Source of the DNA: Oligoflexia bacterium
Lineage (GTDB): Bacteria; Bdellovibrionota; UBA1018
Assembly (NCBI GenBank): GCA_903895855.1
Contig: CAITVN010000080.1
Location: forward strand, 48,092-112,091
Direction of reading: 5' to 3'
Length of the DNA: 64,000 nucleotides
The translations under genes were made by a program, and so were the position numbers. Positions within the stretch are counted from its first letter, which is position 1. Every line of letters starts with the position of its first letter. This document shows, one piece after another, positions 58,102 through 64,000 of this stretch. The notes beneath the pieces are model-generated. The model saw only the letters and a program-made list of their open reading frames with translations. It ran no database searches and was not told the DNA's origin.

Positions 58102-58694
58102 ACAATGACCCCTTCTTCTTCTCTATTTTCTTCTGCCCGACGGTAATGAGTGAGCACACTATCACCGTAAATTTTTTCTCTTTTTTTTGTGAGGCCATTG
58201 ATCGAGTCGGGCAACACCCCTACTTTCGATTTGAGCTTTCCCCACTCTAAAATAAACAAACCTGAAGGGGTCAAAAGCTTATCCCAGTTAAAATCTTCAA
58301 GTAATTTCATTTCAAATCCACCTTGATAAGGCGGATCGGCTAAAATAATATCAAATGGCCCCACTGAGTATAGGTAATCGCGAACACTCAAAACGGTTGC
58401 CTTGAGTACCTGGGTCAATTCTTGAACTTCAAACTCTTCAATGTTGCGCTCGAGACATTTCAATGCGGGCAACGCTGATTCAACGAAAACCACTTCACCA
58501 GCCCCTCGAGACAGAGCTTCAAAACCCAAAGTACCAGCACCCGAAAATAAATCGAGAATTTTGGCGCCTTGAACTTCAAATTGAATCGAATTGAATAGCG
58601 CTTGGCGCAACCGTGCCTGCGTGGGTCGCGTGAGGTGTGAGTCAGGAGTTTTTAGGGCTCGGCCTTTCCATGTCCCTGCAGTCATGCAGATCAT
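58098..58694 (-). CDS. rsmD: 16S rRNA (guanine966-N2)-methyltransferase RsmD
   Basis: LDLFSGAGTLGFEALSRGA SAM motif, ADPPY motif IV; overlaps coaD by 4 nt. Confidence 0.8.
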   Translation of the reverse strand: MICMTAGTWKGRALKTPDSHLTRPTQARLRQALFNSIQFEVQGAKILDLFSGAGTLGFEALSRGAGEVVFVESALPALKCLERNIEEFEVQELTQVLKATVLSVRDYLYSVGPFDIILADPPYQGGFEMKLLEDFNWDKLLTPSGLFILEWGKLKSKVGVLPDSINGLTKKREKIYGDSVLTHYRRAEENREEEGVIV

Positions 58695-58703
58695 GGACCT
58701 AGT

Positions 58704-59603
58704 TTACGCAGCTTTTCTTTTAACCGGAATCTTAAATTCAGTTCCATCACTTAATTCTACTTTTAGACACTGATCCACAAATCCAATGGTCACTTCTTGT
58801 CCCTCAAACTCATATTTGAGCTTTAGGGTCATTTGCCCGCTGAGGGTCATGCTCAGACATCCCTCAGATTTTGAGGGTTCTCCCCAGGCTTCCGTCGGTG
58901 TTGGACGAAGCTGAGTGACGTTTTGAGCGGCTTGCTGAATCGGCTTAGCACTCGTTTGAATAGAACTATTCATGGCACCTCCCGAAACTTCAGGCTTTGA
59001 CTGAAGATTCATAATTTGATCGGCCGTTCCTTGAACCTTATTCACATTATTGGTCGGCACATCTGCCTCTTCATGAGCTGTCGCTTCCATAGCCTGAACT
59101 GCGGCATCGAGCTCAGCTTCTGTAAACTCTTCAGAATCGGCTTCAGCGACGGCTTGTTCTATTAATCGATCAGCTTCAGAAGTTAAAGAGGCCGCAGACT
59201 CCTCAACGCCCAGGTCGCCCAGAGTATCTTCTAACGCAGGGGCAGAGCTAGCTCCCGCTGGTCCGCTTTCAGCCCGAAACTCTGCCATCGCAGCCTCGGT
59301 GGCAGCAAAGATTTCTTCAGCTGGATCAATCACCTTTAACTGTGGTTTTTCGACGGCTGGTTTAGAGACTGGGGGTGCAGCTGCAACCGTCACTGGCGGT
59401 GGCGCCGCTTGACTGGGTACAGCAGCCACCTGCGCAACTGGCGCAGTCACAGGTTTAGCCGCGACCGGCGCGGCCGGCTTAGCAGCCTGACTCACAGCAG
59501 GAGCCGGAGGTGGTGGTGTTGAAGGAGCTTGTTCACCAGACATCTGAGCCTGCAAGTTCTCGATTTCACTCATTATTTTATCAATTTCGCTTTGTGGATC
59601 CAT
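58704..59603 (-). CDS. hypothetical Pro/Ala-rich protein with small C-terminal globular domain
   Basis: N-terminal coiled segment, APSTPPPPAPAVSQAAKPAAPVAAKP... low complexity, C-terminal about 45-aa beta segment; first gene of rsmD-coaD operon. Confidence 0.4.
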   Translation of the reverse strand: MDPQSEIDKIMSEIENLQAQMSGEQAPSTPPPPAPAVSQAAKPAAPVAAKPVTAPVAQVAAVPSQAAPPPVTVAAAPPVSKPAVEKPQLKVIDPAEEIFAATEAAMAEFRAESGPAGASSAPALEDTLGDLGVEESAASLTSEADRLIEQAVAEADSEEFTEAELDAAVQAMEATAHEEADVPTNNVNKVQGTADQIMNLQSKPEVSGGAMNSSIQTSAKPIQQAAQNVTQLRPTPTEAWGEPSKSEGCLSMTLSGQMTLKLKYEFEGQEVTIGFVDQCLKVELSDGTEFKIPVKRKAA

Positions 59604-59706
59604 TATTTTTGCTCCCTATTGTGCTGACAACTCACAAAGTACTTTTCGGCAGATCCAGCCAAAATTTTAGTTTTGCTTATTAGCGGTCTCAGGTACTAAC
59701 AAAAGT

Positions 59707-62592
59707 TTGGGGGAGAACGCTCTGGAACCGTCAGAAGGTAGCCAAATAATCAATCAGTTGCTCGAAAGTGCTAACTTGCCAATCCAAAGGCTCGATCCCA
59801 GTCAAAGCGATCTCATGTCTGAGCTACTGATGTCTCAAGATTCGACCAACTCACGACAGGCTCCGAAGCAGCTTTCTTCAAGCACCGCCCAAAATTCACC
59901 ACACTCCGGACTGCTGAATCAATCTGAACTCTCATTTGATCATTCTCAGTCGAGCGCATCGGTTAATCAGGTGTTACGCTCACTGTTGGGTGAGCAAGCT
60001 GAAGACATCGCTACGCCAATCCAAAAAAATTATCTTTTAAACGCATCGATCACTAACCAAAGCTATTTGCCTTTTGTCGAAGACTTTAGCCTCACTCTAC
60101 AATCTGAGTTAGCACTCAGTACTGAAAAACTACTCAAGCTAAACCGAACAAGAAGAGAAGCGCTCGTCGCTCATTTAGAGTCGTTACTCGAAAAAAAATC
60201 TGGTTGTATCACCAAGAAAACAACCTCAGCCACTCGAGATTCTGAAGAAGAACTTCGAGAATGGTTAAGTCAGCCAAAGTCGTCGCAACACCACGCTGCA
60301 CTTCGAAGCTACTTCGGCGAAGTCGCTTGGTACACACTGGCACAAATCATTTTACTGAAAAGCTGGTCAGACCGAAAGATTCGAATTTGGAAAGAAGACG
60401 AACTCAAACAAATCAACTGGACGCTCTCATCAGCACTCAAACCTCACATCGCCCACAATCGTGAGCCATGGCAGATCACACGTCCCAATCTGTACTCTTG
60501 GTACACGCCTTCGCCTGGTTTTCAAAAACGTCTTTGGGAAACCCTCGATCGTTGGAACCTATCAGATGATGGATTTCCGTTACTTCAAACCCTGGTTTCT
60601 CAGCAACTTTCTGAAATTGGAGTGTCTCTTTACGACCCGAGACTCTTTGAAGTTTTGTACCGCGAATCTTCTGCGTTTGGTTTAACCTTGGCTTCGAGCC
60701 CCCAACAGACACAATCAGGAGTACTCAATCGAATCAAGTTCGCCTACACTCCGACACTGCGAGAAGGCTCACTGGTTCAATTAAGCCCACGAGGTCTGCA
60801 TTGGTTAGGCTGCGAATCAAACCCTTTCTTACTACTCATTGCCGAACTCGTTCAACTTTGGTGGGGCCCTTGCAATCCGCCACTTTGGATTCCTAATTTC
60901 GGAACTGAAATTCAAACAAGAGATCAACTCCACATGGACTGGTCACCGGCCAAAAAAAGCCTTCACGATCAAATCGGTGAAATTGGCGCTTGCGACCTTT
61001 CGATAGTCACCGAAGAATCACCGACTCGCATTAACGCCAAATCGATCGAAGCCAGCCTTGCCAGGGCCGAAATTCAGAAATCTCTCGAAAAACAAGGCGA
61101 ATCTAAGCACCCATTAATTTCACAACAAACGAGTTTAGGAACTCTTCAAACAGCAATCGCACTCTCAAAACTCAGACCCGGCGGACTTCTCTGGTGGGCT
61201 CGAGAAGAACCCCTCACCGCTTCAGAAGGCCACTCGGTACTTTCTTATTTGTTTGAAAAGGGTACCCTCATCGCCGAGTGGAATTTCTCTCAACTACAAC
61301 ATTCACTGCAAGGAACCAAACTTCCTTTTCCGAAGTATTTGTACCTATTCAAGCGAGATCCCATTGCTCTATCTCGTTGGTCAAATCACCCCATGAGAAT
61401 TACGGTTCAAGGCAGTTTAAGAAGCTACATTGAGCTCACCTCTTTACTTGACGACTGCATCACCAGTCTCAGTAAAAACCACGACCAAGACCAGTCGTCG
61501 GTTCAAAAAACAAACTGGAAAATTTTTCTACACAAAAGCCCCTCTTCACAAAAAGATTGGCTTGATAAATGGCCTCAAGTTTCTGATGAAACCTTGATTG
61601 CTGAAGCCGAAAGCATGAAGCTTGTCGGAATTCCACTCGGGCAACTCACGACCATTAGACAAGGAGCCATGAGGCAAGGTCAGGGTTTTTTCATTTGGCC
61701 TGACCTTTGCGACAAGAGTGACCGCCTACTAAAAATCGCAGCCTTCGATGCTGACAGCGAAGAGCTGAAAAAAGCGCAAAAAAAGAACCTAGTTTTTTCG
61801 ATTCTTTGTTCTGAAACTTCCTGGCTAGCTCCTCTGCGCCACTACCTTGAATCAAAGCAAGTTCACCGCTACCTTGAAATTCGTTGTGACCGAAAACAAG
61901 AACGATGGGTCTTTGACGAAGCACTACTTCGAACCCTTCCGATACCTCGAGACCTCGTCGTTGCGCTCAGCTCTGCGAATCAGCTCAGTCAACACCTACC
62001 AAGCCAACTTGAAGAAATCATTTCAGAGCTCTCGTTCTCGCCCGAAATGGCGATGAGAAATTTCACGACACAAATGAGCACCGAAGAAAAGCGTTCGTAC
62101 AAGTGGACCTTCTTTCTTGAAACGTCAAAAGAACTCAACCGGTACACCCAAACCCATCGCCCGATTATTGAACTCATGTCGTCACCCGGTAAACTCAATT
62201 GGGCGAAACTCATCAACCTCTTGCCACAAAATGAATTCATTTCACCCACCTTGCATCCGCAGGTCAGAAATTCGGGTTCACTTCCCTCTCATTTACCTAT
62301 CTCGAAATGGGAACGAGTCAAACAACCACTACCGGGCATCATTTTTCTCACCGATGGAGGGTTTCATTTACACCTCGGCTTCGAATCGACGCTGCTTCTC
62401 GACCTGATCACCAATCAACTAGAAGGGCTGCAGCACCCTACCTGGAGCGAGTTAAGTAGCCACCTGAGGCTACCGAGAAACCTCGACTGGTGGAAAATTA
62501 CCATTGAAGAAATTCTCAAGGCCCACGAAGCTCATCGCAAACGCCTCGACACTTTAAAAAACACGCTCACTCAATTACTCAATTTATGCTGA
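59707..62592 (+). CDS. large hypothetical protein (961 aa), no confidently recognised domain
   Basis: TTG-initiated long ORF with consistent codon usage; Ser/Gln-rich N-terminus; weak MTase-like strings (LGCESNPFLL, NPPLW, KLRPGGLLWW) of uncertain significance. Confidence 0.45.
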   Translation: MGENALEPSEGSQIINQLLESANLPIQRLDPSQSDLMSELLMSQDSTNSRQAPKQLSSSTAQNSPHSGLLNQSELSFDHSQSSASVNQVLRSLLGEQAEDIATPIQKNYLLNASITNQSYLPFVEDFSLTLQSELALSTEKLLKLNRTRREALVAHLESLLEKKSGCITKKTTSATRDSEEELREWLSQPKSSQHHAALRSYFGEVAWYTLAQIILLKSWSDRKIRIWKEDELKQINWTLSSALKPHIAHNREPWQITRPNLYSWYTPSPGFQKRLWETLDRWNLSDDGFPLLQTLVSQQLSEIGVSLYDPRLFEVLYRESSAFGLTLASSPQQTQSGVLNRIKFAYTPTLREGSLVQLSPRGLHWLGCESNPFLLLIAELVQLWWGPCNPPLWIPNFGTEIQTRDQLHMDWSPAKKSLHDQIGEIGACDLSIVTEESPTRINAKSIEASLARAEIQKSLEKQGESKHPLISQQTSLGTLQTAIALSKLRPGGLLWWAREEPLTASEGHSVLSYLFEKGTLIAEWNFSQLQHSLQGTKLPFPKYLYLFKRDPIALSRWSNHPMRITVQGSLRSYIELTSLLDDCITSLSKNHDQDQSSVQKTNWKIFLHKSPSSQKDWLDKWPQVSDETLIAEAESMKLVGIPLGQLTTIRQGAMRQGQGFFIWPDLCDKSDRLLKIAAFDADSEELKKAQKKNLVFSILCSETSWLAPLRHYLESKQVHRYLEIRCDRKQERWVFDEALLRTLPIPRDLVVALSSANQLSQHLPSQLEEIISELSFSPEMAMRNFTTQMSTEEKRSYKWTFFLETSKELNRYTQTHRPIIELMSSPGKLNWAKLINLLPQNEFISPTLHPQVRNSGSLPSHLPISKWERVKQPLPGIIFLTDGGFHLHLGFESTLLLDLITNQLEGLQHPTWSELSSHLRLPRNLDWWKITIEEILKAHEAHRKRLDTLKNTLTQLLNLC

Positions 62593-63695
62593 ACCTATTC
62601 AATAACAACGCTGAAACAATCACCCAGTTCTTACGCCTGTCATTTTTTGGCAATCCCGTTCACCGGTGGCTAACTGGAAGTGCTCTTTTTTTGTTTTCAT
62701 ACCTAGCTCTAAAAATCGTGCGTTCAATAGCCCGAAAAACCGTTGCTAAGAATGCCTCAAGAACAGTCACTCAAATGGACGACTGGGTTGTCTTACTGAT
62801 CGAAAAAACCCGATCATGGTTTTTGTTTGCGACCTCTTCATTTCTGGCTCTTCAAATCATTCACCTCGAACCAAAAATTGACACGTTATCTGAAAAGACA
62901 ATTGTGCTATTTTTCTTAGCTCAAATTATTGTTTGGGCGAACCACTCTCTCGATTTTTGGGTGAAATTGCGGTTGAGCCATGAATCGCATGCGAGTCCCG
63001 CTAAACACACGACGCTTGGATTTATCGCCTTAGCCATCAGAGTTTCTGTTTATGCACTCATCTCGCTCGTGGGTTTACACAACCTGGGATTCAACATCAC
63101 TGCGCTCATCGCCGGTCTGGGCGTTGGCGGTATCGCCATCGCGCTAGCTGTTCAAAACATCTTAGGTGATTTGTTTGCGTCACTGACTATCGTGTTAGAC
63201 AAACCGTTTGAAGTGGGCGACAGCATTTCTGTGGGTGATATCACCGGAACCATTGAAAAAATCGGTCTGAAAACGACTCGATTAAGAGCCGGAAGCGGCG
63301 AACAAATCATTTTTTCAAACGGCGACTTGCTCCATAGCCGAATTCGAAACACGAGCCGATTACGTGAAAAAAGAGTCGTCTTTCAAACACTCCTCGCCAC
63401 TCACACGCCGAGCCAAAAGCTCAGTGAGGTTCCCGAACTGATCAAGCGCTCAGTACTCGGGGCAGCAGGTCTGCCAACATTTACCCATTTCTCGGTGTCT
63501 TTTGAGCGCTCTCATTTATCAAGCCTTACCGACCTAGGCGCCAACTTCGAAACCTCCTATGTGGTCACGAGTAGCGTTGCCATTGACCAGCTAAACTTGC
63601 ATCAGTCGGTTTTGCTCCTATTAGCCGAAAAGCTTGAAAATTCAGGTATCAAATTAGCAAGTCGTTCGGCAAATCTTGCCTCTTATGAAAAGTAG
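62586..63695 (+). CDS. mscS: small-conductance mechanosensitive channel (MscS family)
   Basis: three N-terminal TM helices; LAGLGVGGIAIALAVQNILGDLFASLTIVLDKPFEVGD MscS pore/beta-domain signature. Confidence 0.8.
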   Translation: MLNLFNNNAETITQFLRLSFFGNPVHRWLTGSALFLFSYLALKIVRSIARKTVAKNASRTVTQMDDWVVLLIEKTRSWFLFATSSFLALQIIHLEPKIDTLSEKTIVLFFLAQIIVWANHSLDFWVKLRLSHESHASPAKHTTLGFIALAIRVSVYALISLVGLHNLGFNITALIAGLGVGGIAIALAVQNILGDLFASLTIVLDKPFEVGDSISVGDITGTIEKIGLKTTRLRAGSGEQIIFSNGDLLHSRIRNTSRLREKRVVFQTLLATHTPSQKLSEVPELIKRSVLGAAGLPTFTHFSVSFERSHLSSLTDLGANFETSYVVTSSVAIDQLNLHQSVLLLLAEKLENSGIKLASRSANLASYEK

Positions 63696-63728
63696 TTCCT
63701 TTCAGCTACTCTCTTAAGAGGTGATGAA

Positions 63729-64000
63729 TCCCCAATTTGAAATCATTTCAGACGTTAATTTACTCAGAGAGCAATCATTCGACCGCCAAGCGAGAGAGTC
63801 ACTGCTCATCGACCTAGCCAATCGTGAAGGTTGGCAACTCGCCTACCTTCATCAAGCGAAGTCACACGAAAAACGAAATTTAGTGGCGTTTATCATTTCA
63901 TCACTGAGTGTTTCGGGTGCGTGCCTGTCATTGGCAATTGAGTGGGGTTCAAAGGCGCTTGATCCGGCGCGATTGGCTGACACCCAGTATTGGCAATCGA
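63729..64000 (+). CDS. partial CDS (N-terminus; continues beyond window end), hypothetical
   Basis: open frame from ATG 63729 to window end, MNPQFEIISDVNLLREQSFDRQARESL... Confidence 0.35.

Noticed and set aside
59707-62592. Calling the 961-aa protein an N6-adenine DNA methyltransferase (possible R-M or BREX-like component)
   Set aside because: NPPL instead of NPPY/F, motif I-like string only about 15 aa upstream of it (real enzymes have 60-100 aa), no partner restriction/helicase genes nearby; kept only as a low-confidence lead.

Overview
64 kb chromosomal segment from a Gram-negative bacterium, about 49-50% GC. Gene content suggests a Bdellovibrio-like organism: a TIGR02147-family gene, many secreted or lipoprotein hypotheticals, an SLT lytic transglycosylase, and a CpaF-type pilus ATPase. 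This placement is inference. The backbone is housekeeping genes: serB, an SCP-x type thiolase, Fe/Mn SOD, mlaDE, queF, typA, rlmF, cspA, ftsB, eno, phoH2, an aspartate aminotransferase, coaD, rsmD and mscS. No rRNA, tRNA or CRISPR array was found. Two accessory blocks stand out. (1) Block 15.0-24.9 kb is bounded by a domesticated REP-associated tyrosine transposase (RAYT) gene at one end and a nested-palindrome repeat at the other. It holds an internally deleted COG1373 ATPase pseudogene, an SLT-domain protein co-transcribed with an acidic periplasmic partner, and an ATPase(COG1373) - vWA/MIDAS lipoprotein with PT repeats - ATPase(COG1672) triad. That triad is a candidate uncharacterised conflict or defence-type module. 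(2) Block 32.2-43.5 kb holds two about 600-aa paralogous secreted proteins built of fascin-like beta-trefoil repeats. They flank a secreted RCC1-repeat beta-propeller gene. A chimeric remnant copy (typA 3' tail fused to a paralog 3' end) marks a segmental duplication. An AT-rich-flanked block with a TIGR02147 gene follows. Also notable: two copies of a novel nested palindromic element share a 50-bp core but have unrelated 38-48 bp inverted-repeat arms. Three 24-bp direct repeats sit upstream of the thiolase gene. An ATPase promoter contains duplicated 10-bp-stem hairpin units. A perfect 31-bp-stem inverted repeat lies between convergent genes. A 961-aa orphan protein lies beside a Pro/Ala-rich protein near coaD-rsmD.
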